Positions 1-10,443 of a stretch of DNA of 64,000 bases are shown here, in pieces (position 1 is the stretch's first letter; the number at the start of each line of letters is the position of its first letter). The position numbers and the translations under genes were made by a program. The stretch is taken from the NCBI GenBank assembly GCA_965223795.1, contig CBDCXL010000001.1, positions 192,001-256,000 of the forward strand. The letters are read 5' to 3'. Under the pieces are notes generated by a model, which was not told where the DNA came from, ran no database searches, and worked only from the letters and a program-made list of their open reading frames with translations. Source of the stretch: Nitrospinales bacterium (GTDB lineage: Bacteria > Nitrospinota > Nitrospinia > Nitrospinales > VA-1).

Positions 1-1
1 T

Positions 2-187
2 TTTGAGCGCGATCAGCAGACCGGGCACCGCCGCCATGTAAAGCACGAATGCGTATTGAGACAGTAATGGATAGAGCCGGAAAACGATGCGCACCGCCGG
101 AAACAAAAGCAGGAAATAAACCGCTAACGCTATTATGGGAAGTTTGGCGCTCCAGGTTCCCGTCCACTCGCAGCGTTTGAGGATCAC
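2..187 (-). CDS. N-terminal part of a membrane protein, running off the window edge
   Basis: GTG at 187 preceded by GGAG. The open frame VILKRCEWTGTWSAKLPIIALAVYFLLLFPAVRIVFRLYPLLSQYAFVLYMAAVPGLLIALK is hydrophobic. Confidence 0.55.
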   Translation of the reverse strand, partial: MILKRCEWTGTWSAKLPIIALAVYFLLLFPAVRIVFRLYPLLSQYAFVLYMAAVPGLLIALK

Positions 188-223
188 GGCGTCATCTCCC
201 GGAGGATGGAGGCTGCCGGCCGT

Positions 224-508
224 TCAGGGCAGTGATGGTTCGGGCTGGGGGACGCCGGACAAGTGCGGTGTGGTGGCGGCGGCAGGGGTGTCCGCGCCGC
301 TGATGTGTTCGATGCGGTTGCGCACTTCCTGAACGGATTCAGCGCCGGGGCTGCCGCTGATGTGGACCCAGTGGTACTGATCCAGCGTGCGGTTCTGCGT
401 CTTCTGGGAAGCGGTGATCTCGCTTTTGAGCAGGTTGGCGTTGAGATAGAAGCCGCCGAAAATCAGGGCGGAGAGGATGCAGGATTCGATGAACACGTTT
501 TTCCACAT
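224..508 (-). CDS. Hypothetical protein with an N-terminal TM segment
   Basis: 94-aa ORF with a hydrophobic N-terminus, co-oriented with the downstream membrane gene and starting next to an AT-rich intergenic region. Confidence 0.5.
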   Translation of the reverse strand: MWKNVFIESCILSALIFGGFYLNANLLKSEITASQKTQNRTLDQYHWVHISGSPGAESVQEVRNRIEHISGADTPAAATTPHLSGVPQPEPSLP

Positions 509-640
509 AAAAAACTAGTTTTCAAGTGGTTATAAAACTTTCCCAGTTTAGAACGTCTTGTGCGAAAATTCAATCGCAAACACTTGGGAGCGCGGTTGCA
601 GGCCTTCTCTTAAGGCAAACTCAAGCGGATTATAATGGAA

Positions 641-669
641 TTGACAAACTCTTGTTCTTTATTTACTAT
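641..669 (+). promoter_or_regulatory. Sigma70-type promoter for rpiB-glyA-nrdR
   Basis: TTGACA (641-646), 17-bp spacer, TACTAT (664-669). Confidence 0.7.
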
Positions 670-864
670 CCGTTTTTGTAATAAAATGATTTTATTGACC
701 TAATTTTATTTTCACCAGCCCCGGACGGGCGACAGGCAATGCGGCCCTCCGGAAAACAGTTGTTCGGTCAATTCCGTTTTCTTCTCCACGGTACCCGCGG
801 CTGCAGCGAGAGCGCGGGTTCCCGCACCTGAATCGAGCCCAGATAGGGCTTCCAGAGAACCAAA

Positions 865-1350
865 ATGAAAAAGCTTGCCATCGCGTCCGACCACGCCGGG
901 TACGATCTGAAGGAAAGTGTTCTCTCGCATTTGCGGGACAAAGGCATTGCCGTGGAGGATTTCGGCCCCGGCAACACCGATTCGGTGGATTATCCCGATT
1001 ACGGCATTCCGCTGGCCAAAGCGATCCTCGACGATAAGATCGAGCGCGGCATCGTGATCTGCGGCACCGGCGTGGGGATGTCCATCGTCGTCAACCGCTT
1101 TCCGGGCATCCGCGGGACGCTGTGCTCGGACGTGTACACAGCCAAGGTGTGCCGCGCCCACAACGATTCGAACATCCTCATCCTCGGCGGCCGGGTGATC
1201 GGCACCGGCCTGGCGCACGAGATCGTCGATGTCTGGCTCGACACGCCTTTCGACGGCGGCCGCCACCAGAGACGGCTGGACAAGATCAAGGCCATCGACC
1301 GGTCCATGCAGGATCAGGACGAGCAAGTCAACGTGAAAGGAGAACTGTAA
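865..1350 (+). CDS. rpiB: Ribose-5-phosphate isomerase B
   Basis: SDHAG, DYPD, ICGTGVG, HNDSN and FDGGRHQRR motifs. Confidence 0.97.
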   Translation: MKKLAIASDHAGYDLKESVLSHLRDKGIAVEDFGPGNTDSVDYPDYGIPLAKAILDDKIERGIVICGTGVGMSIVVNRFPGIRGTLCSDVYTAKVCRAHNDSNILILGGRVIGTGLAHEIVDVWLDTPFDGGRHQRRLDKIKAIDRSMQDQDEQVNVKGEL

Positions 1351-1351
1351 G

Positions 1352-2602
1352 TTGTCACTCTTGGAATTCGATCCGGAAATCGCCCAGGCCATCAAAGGAG
1401 AAACCGACCGCGAACACTTCACGCTGGAGATGATCGCCTCGGAAAATTTCGTCAGCCCGCAGGTGCTGGAAGCGCTGGGCTCGGTCATGACGAACAAGTA
1501 CGCCGAGGGCTACCCCGGCAAGCGCTATTACGGCGGCTGCGAGTACGTGGACGTGGCCGAGAACCTGGCCATCGAACGCGCCAAAAAGATATTCGGCGCC
1601 GAGCACGCCAACGTGCAGCCGCATTCGGGCTCGCAGGCCAACATGGCGGTGTACCACACGATCCTCAAGCCGGGCGACACGGTGCTGGGCATGAACCTCT
1701 CGCACGGCGGGCACCTGACGCACGGCAGCCCGGTGAATTTTTCCGGCTACACCTACAACGTGGTGGCCTACGGCGTCAATGAAAAGACCGAACTCATCGA
1801 CTACGACGACGTGTTCAAGCAGGCGAAGGAGCACAAGCCGAAAATGATCATCGTCGGCGGCAGCGCCTACCCGAGGATCATCGACGCGGTCAGATTCCGC
1901 GAGATCGCCGACGCCGTCGGCGCGAAGATCATGACCGACATCGCGCATCCGGCCGGGCTGGTCGCGGCGGGGCTGTACCCGTCGCCGGTGCCGCATTCGG
2001 AGTTCGTCACCACCACCACGCACAAGACCCTGCGCGGACCGCGCGGCGGCATGATCCTGTGCAAGCAGGAATTCGCCAAGGAGGTGAACAAGCGGATCTT
2101 CCCCGGCATCCAGGGCGGCCCGCTCATGCACGTGATCGCCGCGAAAGCGGTGGCGTTCAAGGAAGCGCTGAGCGAGGGGTTCGTCGAATACCAGAAGCAG
2201 GTGATCGCCAACGCGCAGGCGCTGGCGGAGTGCCTGATGGGCAAAGGCTACAAGATCGTCAGCGGCGGCACCGACACGCACCTCATGCTGGTGGATCTGA
2301 GAAAACAGGACATCACCGGCAAGGACGCCGAGCAGGCGCTGGAATTAGCCGGCATCACCGTGAACAAGAACACGGTGCCGTTCGAGACGCGCAGCCCGTT
2401 CGTGACTTCGGGCATCCGCATCGGCACGCCGGCGCTGACGACGCGGGGCATGAAGGAAAAGGAGATGGAAACCATCGGGGGCTGGATCCACGAGACCCTG
2501 ACCCGGATCGAGGACGAAGACGTGCATACGAAAACCCGCCAGAAGGTCCGCGAACTGTGCGAACAGTTCCCCCTCAATCTGGAACTCTCAAGCAAGTGCT
2601 AG
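1352..2602 (+). CDS. glyA: Serine hydroxymethyltransferase
   Basis: [21 protein letters not shown] and [14 protein letters not shown] (PLP lysine). Confidence 0.99.
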   Translation: MSLLEFDPEIAQAIKGETDREHFTLEMIASENFVSPQVLEALGSVMTNKYAEGYPGKRYYGGCEYVDVAENLAIERAKKIFGAEHANVQPHSGSQANMAVYHTILKPGDTVLGMNLSHGGHLTHGSPVNFSGYTYNVVAYGVNEKTELIDYDDVFKQAKEHKPKMIIVGGSAYPRIIDAVRFREIADAVGAKIMTDIAHPAGLVAAGLYPSPVPHSEFVTTTTHKTLRGPRGGMILCKQEFAKEVNKRIFPGIQGGPLMHVIAAKAVAFKEALSEGFVEYQKQVIANAQALAECLMGKGYKIVSGGTDTHLMLVDLRKQDITGKDAEQALELAGITVNKNTVPFETRSPFVTSGIRIGTPALTTRGMKEKEMETIGGWIHETLTRIEDEDVHTKTRQKVRELCEQFPLNLELSSKC

Positions 2603-2609
2603 ACCGCAG

Positions 2610-3095
2610 ATGAAATGCCCCGCCTGTTCCAACATGGAAAATAAAGTCATCGATTCCCGCCTGAACAAGGAAGGGGACATCATCCGCCGCAGGCGCGAGT
2701 GCCTGAGCTGCGAGGAGCGCTTCACCACCTACGAGCGGGTGGAAAAATCGCTGCCGTTCGTGGTGAAAAAGGACGGCAGGCGGGAGGAGTTCAACCGGGA
2801 AAAGATCCTCAGCGGCGTCAAGAAGGCCTGCCAGAAGCGGCCGATCAGCATCGAGAAGGTGGAAGGCCTGGTGGAACGGGTGGAGCAGCATTTCCAGGAC
2901 CTCGGCGAGAAGGAAATCTCCGCCGTCGCCGTCGGCGAGAAGGTGGTGAAGGAACTCTACGGTCTGGACGACGTCGCCTACGTGCGCTTCGCTTCCGTGT
3001 ACCGCTCGTTCAAGGACGTGAACGAATTCATGGTCGAGCTGAAGGAAGTCCTGAAGGACAAGCAGGGCGAAAAGGACACCGACCGGCTGCAGTGA
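2610..3095 (+). CDS. nrdR: Transcriptional repressor NrdR
   Basis: MKCPAC...VIDSR...[10 protein letters not shown] zinc ribbon, ATP-cone, [10 protein letters not shown]. Confidence 0.98.
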   Translation: MKCPACSNMENKVIDSRLNKEGDIIRRRRECLSCEERFTTYERVEKSLPFVVKKDGRREEFNREKILSGVKKACQKRPISIEKVEGLVERVEQHFQDLGEKEISAVAVGEKVVKELYGLDDVAYVRFASVYRSFKDVNEFMVELKEVLKDKQGEKDTDRLQ

Positions 3096-3137
3096 CGTTG
3101 TTCCCCGCACACCGCATTTGGAAACGGCGTTTCATTC

Positions 3138-3491
3138 ATGAGCGCAGGCTCCCGCAAAAAATCAGCCACTCAAACCGCGAAGGGGCGCGGCCAAACCCGC
3201 CTGCCGCGGGAACCGCGTTTTTCGGTGAGCGGCGTTGTGGAAATATTCCAGGTCGAGAAACCGTGGGTCTACGTGCGCGTGCCGAAAGCGCACACCCGGC
3301 AGACGCGGGAGTTCGCGGACCGGGGTCTGGTGCCCGTCACCGTCACTTTGGGCGAAAGCAGCTGGGACACCTCGCTGATGCCGATGGGGGACGGGACCCA
3401 GTTCATCCCCCTGAGCGCCAAGGTGCGCAAGGCGGAGGGCGTCGCCGTCGGCGGGAGGGTCCGGCTACACTATATTTTGAGGAAACGCTGA
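3138..3491 (+). CDS. DUF1905-like protein
   Basis: WVYVRVP...GLVPVTVTLG..SWDTSLMPMGDG..FIPLSAKVRKAEG pattern. Confidence 0.75.
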   Translation: MSAGSRKKSATQTAKGRGQTRLPREPRFSVSGVVEIFQVEKPWVYVRVPKAHTRQTREFADRGLVPVTVTLGESSWDTSLMPMGDGTQFIPLSAKVRKAEGVAVGGRVRLHYILRKR

Positions 3492-3724
3492 GATTCCCGG
3501 CAATTCCCCGATCCCGTTTTTCCCCGCCTGAACGCATCTCGCCGTTGAATCCCTGTTTACAAAATGTTACGATAATTTGATAGTAAGATATTAAAAATAC
3601 CCGCTTTATCGGGCTTTTGCCGATTTTGGGCCCGGCCGGGGCGGGGGAAAAGACGGAGTTCGCACCGCTTTTCCGATTCGCGCACTGAAGATGCAGTCAC
3701 TCCTGCCCGGATGAATGGGCGGTT

Positions 3725-4513
3725 ATGGGAACGGCCGTGTTCCAAATTTCCTTGTTCAGCTATCTCGGGGCTTCCCTCGGGTATTTCGTTTATCTGGTCT
3801 ACCGCAAACCGTTCGTGTCCACCGCCGCCACTGTGACGGTGGCCGTGGGGCTTTTGGCCCAAACGGTCTGGCTGGGGCTGCGCTCCATGCAGACGGGGCA
3901 CGGGCCGTACACCAACTCGTTCGAGATCGCGATGTTTTTCTCGTGGCTCATCGTGGTGGTGTATTTCGTGACCGAATGGAAGTACCGCATCAAGGACCTG
4001 GGGGCGTTCGTGCTGCCGCTGGTGTTCCTGGTGGTTCTGTTCTCCGGATTTCTGTCCAAGGAAGTGGACATGGTGGAGAAGGGGCAGGCGGATTTCTGGC
4101 TGACGCTGCACCGCACGCTATCGGTGCTGGGATACGCGGCATTTACCATCGCCTTTGCGGCGGGGATCATGTATCTTTTCCAGGAACATCAGGTCAAATC
4201 GAAGAAGCTCGGCATCCTGTATTTCCGGATGCCGTCTCTGGAAGTGCTGGACAACCTCAACGAAAAAGCCATCACCATCGGGTTTCCCCTGTTCACGCTG
4301 GGCTTCATGACCGGCTCTTTGTGGCAGGTGCAGTTGAACGAACCGATGCTGGCCTGGGAGCCGTTCAAGACCTGGCCGCTGGTGCTGGTGTGGTTCGTCT
4401 ACGGGGCGATGTTTTTCGGCCGGCTGTTTTCCGGCGTGCGCGGCAAGAAAGCGGCGCAGGGGGCGATCCTGGGTTTTGTGATGGTCATCGTCACTTACTT
4501 CATGCACGTGTGA
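3725..4513 (+). CDS. Cytochrome c assembly protein (CcsA/HemX family)
   Basis: Multi-TM protein with WLTLH, PSLEVLD and GFPLFTLG motifs, directly upstream of hemA. Confidence 0.88.
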   Translation: MGTAVFQISLFSYLGASLGYFVYLVYRKPFVSTAATVTVAVGLLAQTVWLGLRSMQTGHGPYTNSFEIAMFFSWLIVVVYFVTEWKYRIKDLGAFVLPLVFLVVLFSGFLSKEVDMVEKGQADFWLTLHRTLSVLGYAAFTIAFAAGIMYLFQEHQVKSKKLGILYFRMPSLEVLDNLNEKAITIGFPLFTLGFMTGSLWQVQLNEPMLAWEPFKTWPLVLVWFVYGAMFFGRLFSGVRGKKAAQGAILGFVMVIVTYFMHV

Positions 4514-4515
4514 AC

Positions 4516-5790
4516 ATGAGCGATCCGAATCTCATTCTGGTGGGGGTGAACCACAAGGCGACGCCGGTGGAAATCCGCGAGCGTCTGGCGTTCTCGCAGA
4601 CGGAGATCGAAGCCTCGCTGGAACGGCTGCTCGGCCATCCGGAGATCATCGAGAACATCATCCTCTCCACCTGCAACCGCGTGGAGATCTACGCCCGTGT
4701 CCGCAACGCCGGAGAGGGCGTGAATCTGCTCAAGGCCTTCATCTGCGAATACCACAACATCTCGCTCACGGATCTCGACAAGTATTTTTACAGCTACCGC
4801 GACGAGCAGGCGGTGGAGCACCTGTTCCGCGTGTCGTCCAGCCTCGATTCGATGGTGCTGGGCGAGGCGCAGATCCTGGGGCAGGTGAAGGACGCCTACA
4901 GCACCGCGCGGGCGCTGCAGTCCACGGGCATGGTGCTCAACCAGCTTTTCGAAAAGGCGTTCAACGTCGCCAAGAAGGTGCGCGAGGAAACCGGCATCGC
5001 CGAGCGCGGCGTGTCCATCAGCAGCGCCGCGGTGGAGCTGGCGCGCAAGATCTTCGAGGACCTGGAAAACCATTCCGTCATGCTGGTCGGCACCGGCGAG
5101 ATGGCGGAGCTGGCGGCCAAGCACCTCATCTCCTACGGGGTCAAGACCGTCTACGTGGCCAGCCGCACCTACGAACGGGCAGAGGCGATGGCCCGCGGCC
5201 TCAACGGCAGCGCGCTGAGCTTCGACATGTTCAAGGAAGAGATGCACCGCGCCGACATCGTCATCACCTCGACGGCGGCGCCCACCTTCATCATCAAAAA
5301 GGAGATGGTGGAGCAGGCCATTCACAAGCGCAAGAACAAGCCGATCTTCTTCATCGACATCGCGGTGCCGCGCGACATCGAGCCGGAAGTCAACGACCTG
5401 GAAAACGTCTACCTGTACGACATCGACGATCTGCAGACGGTGGTCGCGGCGAACATGAAGGAGCGTGAGAAGGAAGCCGAAAACGCGATGGAGATCATCC
5501 AGAACGAAGTCACCAAGTTCAACAACTGGGTCGTCTCGCGTGACGCGGTGCCCACCATCGTCGAGATGCGCAAGCGGGCGGACGCCATCCGCCAGCGCGA
5601 GGTGGAAAAGACGCTCAAGAAAATGCCGCACCTCTCGAAAGAGGACGTCCAGTCTCTGGAGGTCATGACCCAGTCGATCATCGAAAAAGTACTGCACAAA
5701 CCCACCATCAACCTCAAGAAACAGACCCAGTCCCAGGAAGGGCACGTCTATCTGAAAGCGATCCGGCACCTGTTTCACCTGGACGACTGA
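4516..5790 (+). CDS. hemA: Glutamyl-tRNA reductase
   Basis: GVNHK, LSTCNRVE, SSLDSMVLGEAQILGQVK, DIAVPRD. The real start is the ATG at 4516, after the stop of the preceding gene. Confidence 0.98.
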   Translation: MSDPNLILVGVNHKATPVEIRERLAFSQTEIEASLERLLGHPEIIENIILSTCNRVEIYARVRNAGEGVNLLKAFICEYHNISLTDLDKYFYSYRDEQAVEHLFRVSSSLDSMVLGEAQILGQVKDAYSTARALQSTGMVLNQLFEKAFNVAKKVREETGIAERGVSISSAAVELARKIFEDLENHSVMLVGTGEMAELAAKHLISYGVKTVYVASRTYERAEAMARGLNGSALSFDMFKEEMHRADIVITSTAAPTFIIKKEMVEQAIHKRKNKPIFFIDIAVPRDIEPEVNDLENVYLYDIDDLQTVVAANMKEREKEAENAMEIIQNEVTKFNNWVVSRDAVPTIVEMRKRADAIRQREVEKTLKKMPHLSKEDVQSLEVMTQSIIEKVLHKPTINLKKQTQSQEGHVYLKAIRHLFHLDD

Positions 5791-6723
5791 ATGGCTTCAC
5801 GCAAACTCACCATCGGAAGCCGGGGCAGCGCCCTGGCGTTGTGGCAGGCGAACTGGATCCGCTCGCAGCTTCTGGAACTGCACGACGATCTCGACGTGGA
5901 GATCAAGGTCATCAAGACTTCGGGCGACAAGATCCAGAATGTGCCGCTCACCCAAATCGGCGGCAAGGGCCTGTTCGTCAAGGAAATCGAGGAGGCGCTG
6001 ATGGCCAGGGAGGTGGATCTCGCGGTGCACAGCATGAAGGACGTGCCGATGAAGCTGCCGTACGAGCTGCACATCTCCATCATCACCGAGCGGGAAACTC
6101 CCTACGACGCGCTGGTCTCCAAAAACGGCGTGCCTCTGGATGATTTGCCCAAAGGGGCGAAGGTGGGCACGGGCAGCCTCAGGCGCTCCTCGCAGCTGGC
6201 GCAGTACCGGCCGGATCTGGAAATCGTCGGGCTGCGCGGCAACATCGACACCCGGCTCAAGAAGCTCGAAACCGAAGGGCTGGACGCGATCATCCTCGCT
6301 GCGGCGGGGCTCAAGCGCATGGGCTGGGAGGATAAAATCACCGAAATCATCCCCCCTGACGTGATCCTGCCGGCGATGGGGCAGGGCGCGGTCGGCATCG
6401 AAACGCGCAAACGCGATCCGGACGTGCACGGCCTGCTGTACGATCTGGATCACGAGGACACGCACTGGGCGCTGGACGCCGAACGGGCGTTCGTCGGTCT
6501 GCTGGAAGGGGGCTGCCAGGTGCCTATAGGGGCGCACGCCACCCTGGACGAAAATGGGACCCTGACGGTGCGCGGGCTGGTCGCGAGCCTGGACGGCAAG
6601 ACCGTGTACAAGTGGGACAAACAGGGCCCCGCCACCGACGCCAGTAAACTGGGCCGCGAACTGGGCCAGGACCTGCTCAAAATGGGCGCGGACAAGATCC
6701 TCAAGGAACTTTACAGCGAATAA
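5791..6723 (+). CDS. hemC: Hydroxymethylbilane synthase
   Basis: GSRGSALALWQ, GKGLFVKE, AVHSMKDVP, RGNIDTRL, GGCQVP. Confidence 0.98.
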   Translation: MASRKLTIGSRGSALALWQANWIRSQLLELHDDLDVEIKVIKTSGDKIQNVPLTQIGGKGLFVKEIEEALMAREVDLAVHSMKDVPMKLPYELHISIITERETPYDALVSKNGVPLDDLPKGAKVGTGSLRRSSQLAQYRPDLEIVGLRGNIDTRLKKLETEGLDAIILAAAGLKRMGWEDKITEIIPPDVILPAMGQGAVGIETRKRDPDVHGLLYDLDHEDTHWALDAERAFVGLLEGGCQVPIGAHATLDENGTLTVRGLVASLDGKTVYKWDKQGPATDASKLGRELGQDLLKMGADKILKELYSE

Positions 6724-6890
6724 GCTAACCCTCCCGCTTTCAATCCCTTGATTCTCTCCCCGCAACCATCGCATCGCCGGTGTGAAAATCCTTCCTTGTA
6801 AATCTTCGCCATAGCGTTATATTTAAAGTGTGACCTTCCGCAACACGAACGGCGGTTCCCATCCACAAACCATCTCACCTGAGGGATAGC

Positions 6891-7652
6891 ATGAGCGCCA
6901 AACGGATATTTCAAATTGCCATATTGGGGTTTGCCTTGTTGACGGCCGGACTGACGGCGAACGTCCGGGCGGACGCCCCGGATATTTTTCCGCACGCGGT
7001 CTGGAACAAGGGCGCCCCCGCCGAGGAGGTTCCCGCGAAGCCGGTAGACGAACCGGTCGAGGAGCCGGTGGACAAGACGATCGTGTTCGAAAGGCAGGAC
7101 CCGTTCAACTACGATCTGGACCCCGAAGATGAGATCGAACTGCACGACTCCTATGCCTACCAGACCGGCGATCTGCCTGCGCGCTTCCTGCTGAATCTCT
7201 GGCAGGTCCCCGATTTCCGCGAAGCGATCCTCGATCCCGGCATCGAGGCGTATCTCAAGCAGCTCATCGACTCCGGCGCGCTCAGCGCCGACGATCCGGC
7301 GCTCCAGGGCATCGAGGCGCAGCTGCGCGGCGGCTTTTTCCGCCCGGACCCGAACGAAGAGCTGGTTCTGTTCCCGGTGAACACGCTGCAGACCGGCGAC
7401 ATCCCGGAACGGTTTCTGGTCGAGCTGGGTCCGTTGATCAGTGCCCGTGCGTTCGTGCTCGATCCCGGCATCGACGCCACGCTGAACCGGCTGATCGCCA
7501 CGGGAGCCATCGATGTGAACAATCAGGACGTGGCGGGTGCGCTGCTGAGCATCGAAAGCCGGCTGCGCGGCGGGCTGCTGGGACGCAGCGGCGGACCGGG
7601 GTTCAGCGCCGGTGGTGTGTTCGGACGGGGACTCGGCCTCCTGGGCCGGTGA
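6891..7652 (+). CDS. Secreted hypothetical protein with an internal duplication
   Basis: Signal peptide, a P/E-rich linker, two ~60-aa repeats (QTGD.P.RFL...LDPGI...IE..LRGG) and a Gly-rich tail. Confidence 0.75.
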   Translation: MSAKRIFQIAILGFALLTAGLTANVRADAPDIFPHAVWNKGAPAEEVPAKPVDEPVEEPVDKTIVFERQDPFNYDLDPEDEIELHDSYAYQTGDLPARFLLNLWQVPDFREAILDPGIEAYLKQLIDSGALSADDPALQGIEAQLRGGFFRPDPNEELVLFPVNTLQTGDIPERFLVELGPLISARAFVLDPGIDATLNRLIATGAIDVNNQDVAGALLSIESRLRGGLLGRSGGPGFSAGGVFGRGLGLLGR

Positions 7653-7717
7653 AGAGAAAAAATCTAAATTTCGAGTAAAGATTTAAACGCTTAGAAGTGT
7701 AAAAAAATTATTCTAGA

Positions 7718-8058
7718 TCACATTATCGACTGAAAATAATCCGAACGTTCTTCTCCTGCCCACTTTGTAAAAATTCTTCCAACTTCTTTGGCGGGCACAG
7801 AGATGTAATCACTCCATGCTTTTTCTTCACCATGAGGATAGCCCAATAAATTGTTCAAAGAATTATTGATGGCCAATTTAACCTTCACTTCAGAATCATC
7901 AATTCTTGGCCAAGATCGGACCATTTTTGATAAATCACTTCTTTCAAGACTGAATAAAGTATGAAACTCCCAGTCGGGGAAAAAGGGTCCTTCCGATGCA
8001 GCTTCGACGCATTCAAAGATAACTTTCTTTCTTGTTCAGTTAAGTCTTTCAGTGGCAT
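7718..8058 (-). pseudogene. Frameshifted hypothetical gene, or a sequencing error
   Basis: MPLKDLTEQER joins KVIFECVEAASEGPFFPDWEFHTLF...NNLLGYPHG in another frame if one A is added at ~8024-8026. AT-rich. Confidence 0.65.
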
Positions 8059-8132
8059 TGAAGGCAACTCAAGAAGTACGAGAGATTGCGGATTGAATTC
8101 TAGTAGTTTGCTTCATAAGCTCCTCTTTGTTC

Positions 8133-9398
8133 TCACAGCCACACGTTCTTGGAATCCAGCCGTTCGCGGGCCAGCTTCTCCGCTTCCTCGCGGAAGATGA
8201 CGTCCGTGCCTTTCTGCGCCGCCAGCCGGTTGTGGATTTCCTGCACGTTCTTAGAGACGGTGCGGTAGATGAGATCGTCCAGGTACTGCCGCGCGCCGTT
8301 GCCGTTCACCGCATCCCGGTAGGCGGTGTCTCCGGTCATTTTGAGCTCGACGGCGCAGCCGATCACCCCGCCGACGTTGACGATGAAATCCGACAGGGAC
8401 AGGATGCCACGGCGGTTGTTGAGGTAGTACTCGGTCATCTTGTTGCTCGGCGTGTTCGCGCCCTGCAGCACGATGCGGCACTGGATGCGGTCGGCGTTGC
8501 GGGCGGTGATGGCGTCCGGCCGCGCCGCCGGGATGAGCAGGTCGCAGGGCGCTTCGAGCAGCCAGTCCAGCCGGTCCGGACCCAGCTTTTTCGCCACACG
8601 GCCGGGGTAGCCGTCGAGGCCGGAGGGTTCTTTGCGCACGGCGTTCAGCGCCTCCACGTCCAGACCGTCCGGATTCCACAGAGCGGCGTGGATGTCGGAC
8701 GCGCCGATGAGGGTCGCGCCGGCGTTTATCAGTTTGACGGCGATCCAGGAGCCGACGTTGCCGTAGCCCTGAATCACCACCTTCATGTTTTTGATCTCGC
8801 AAGACGCGTCGAGCGTTTCCAGGGTGCGCGCCGCGGCATACAGGCCCTGCGCGGTGAGGCCCCAGCCGTCGATGGGCACGCCGCCTTTTTCGGGCGGCCG
8901 GCCCGCGCCGCCGCGCAGGTGCACCGGATTCCCCAATTTGCCCGAATAGGCTTCGTAGATCTGCTGGATGTCCGCCTCGTCGGTGCCCATGTCGGGCGCG
9001 GGGATGTAGCGTTCCTCGGCGAACACGGCGTCGGCGTAAAGGCCGATCAGGTCGCGCCGGAGTCCGGGTTCGCGCGCCAGAATTCTCGGATCGACGGCGA
9101 GGCCGGATTTGCCGCCGCCGAAGGGCAGGCAGGCGGCGCTGTTTTTGAGCGTCATGGTGCGGGCCAGGCGGGAGACTTCTTCCAGCGTGACGTTGGGCGC
9201 CATGCGCAGGCCGCCGAGGCCGGGTCCGCGCTGCGTGTTGTCCACCACCACGAAGCCCCAGACTTCGCCGGTATCGGAATCGACGAGGCGGAGCCTCTGT
9301 TCCGGCGGCGGTTCGCTGGAAGCAGAAAACCGCTCGCCCGCGTTTTTCTTGGCGACCGGTTCGGCGTTCAGTTTTCTGGGGAGCTTGAATGGCGTCAC
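8133..9398 (-). CDS. Glu/Leu/Phe/Val dehydrogenase family protein
   Basis: GPGLGGLR, MTLKN, FGGGKSG, PAPDMGT, and a QGYGNVG Rossmann motif. Confidence 0.93.
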   Translation of the reverse strand: MTPFKLPRKLNAEPVAKKNAGERFSASSEPPPEQRLRLVDSDTGEVWGFVVVDNTQRGPGLGGLRMAPNVTLEEVSRLARTMTLKNSAACLPFGGGKSGLAVDPRILAREPGLRRDLIGLYADAVFAEERYIPAPDMGTDEADIQQIYEAYSGKLGNPVHLRGGAGRPPEKGGVPIDGWGLTAQGLYAAARTLETLDASCEIKNMKVVIQGYGNVGSWIAVKLINAGATLIGASDIHAALWNPDGLDVEALNAVRKEPSGLDGYPGRVAKKLGPDRLDWLLEAPCDLLIPAARPDAITARNADRIQCRIVLQGANTPSNKMTEYYLNNRRGILSLSDFIVNVGGVIGCAVELKMTGDTAYRDAVNGNGARQYLDDLIYRTVSKNVQEIHNRLAAQKGTDVIFREEAEKLARERLDSKNVWL

Positions 9399-9510
9399 AA
9401 CTTTGCGGGATTCAGCGCGTGATTTGTGGCATGATGCGTGAGACAGAAACGGGAAGTGCCTGTTCCCGATCCATGCTGATTATAACAGAGGCGGGTGCAT
9501 CTATCAGCAA

Positions 9511-10377
9511 ATGCCTCCCGCCGGCCCGAACATGAAATCCATCCCCGCACCAACCACACAACAGATCGATGAACTCATCCGCCGGTGTCTGGAAGAGGAT
9601 CTGGGTTCCGGCGACGTGACCACACGCGGCGTGGTTGCGCAGGATGAAGTCCGCAGCGCCTCGGTGACGGCGAAGCAGGATCTGATCCTGTGCGGCGCCG
9701 CCATTTTCAGGCGGGTGTTCACGCGGCTCGATGCGGAGGCTGCGTTTCCTGAGCCCTGCGCGGAGGACGGGGACGCGGTTGCTGCCGGGAAGGCGTTTCT
9801 GCATGTCTGGGCCAAAACGCGGGCGCTGCTGGAGGGCGAGAGGACGGCGCTCAACATCCTGCAGCGGCTGAGCGGGATCGCCACCCTGACACGCCGGTTC
9901 GTCGAGCAGGCGGCGCCGGTGACGGTGCTCGACACACGCAAGACCACGCCGGGGCTGCGGGTGTTCGAAAAATACGCGGTGCGCTGCGGCGGCGGCACGA
10001 ACCACCGCTTCGGCCTGTACGACGGCATTCTCATCAAGGACAATCACATCCGCGCCGCCGGCAGCGTGCGGGAGGCGGTGGCGCGCCTGCGGAACAGCGG
10101 CAACGGCGCGCTGCCCGTGGAAGTGGAGACCGCCGATCTGGACCAGGTGCGGGAAGCGGTGGACGCAGGAGCGGACATCCTGCTGCTCGACAATATGGAG
10201 GTGGAAACCGTTCGAAAAGCGGTGGAAATCGTGGCGGGCCGGGCGAAAACCGAAGTGTCCGGCTCGATGACGCTCGCGCGTGTGGCGGAAATCGCCGGGA
10301 CGGGCGCCGATTTCGTGTCGGTCGGGGCGCTCACGCATTCCGCGCCCGCGGTGGACATCAGCATGAACATCGAGTGA
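9511..10377 (+). CDS. nadC: Nicotinate-nucleotide diphosphorylase (carboxylating)
   Basis: EDLGSGDVTT, ERTALN, DTRKTTPG, HRFGLYD, IKDNH, LLDN, SVGALTHS. The start may be 9532. Confidence 0.97.
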   Translation: MPPAGPNMKSIPAPTTQQIDELIRRCLEEDLGSGDVTTRGVVAQDEVRSASVTAKQDLILCGAAIFRRVFTRLDAEAAFPEPCAEDGDAVAAGKAFLHVWAKTRALLEGERTALNILQRLSGIATLTRRFVEQAAPVTVLDTRKTTPGLRVFEKYAVRCGGGTNHRFGLYDGILIKDNHIRAAGSVREAVARLRNSGNGALPVEVETADLDQVREAVDAGADILLLDNMEVETVRKAVEIVAGRAKTEVSGSMTLARVAEIAGTGADFVSVGALTHSAPAVDISMNIE

Positions 10378-10443
10378 GCCAGCGATACCCGCTGTCTCGA
10401 TATGCGGTATAATCGGGATATCGCAAACAACCGGGAACCGGCC

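Noticed and set aside
700..864. ZMP/ZTP riboswitch upstream of rpiB-glyA
   Set aside because: The context fits, but I could not find the conserved GACUGGCG and CGCCUGGG elements.
3715..4515. N-terminal extension of hemA (691-aa ORF)
   Set aside because: It overlaps the real CcsA-family gene in another frame. HemA homology starts at the ATG at 4516.
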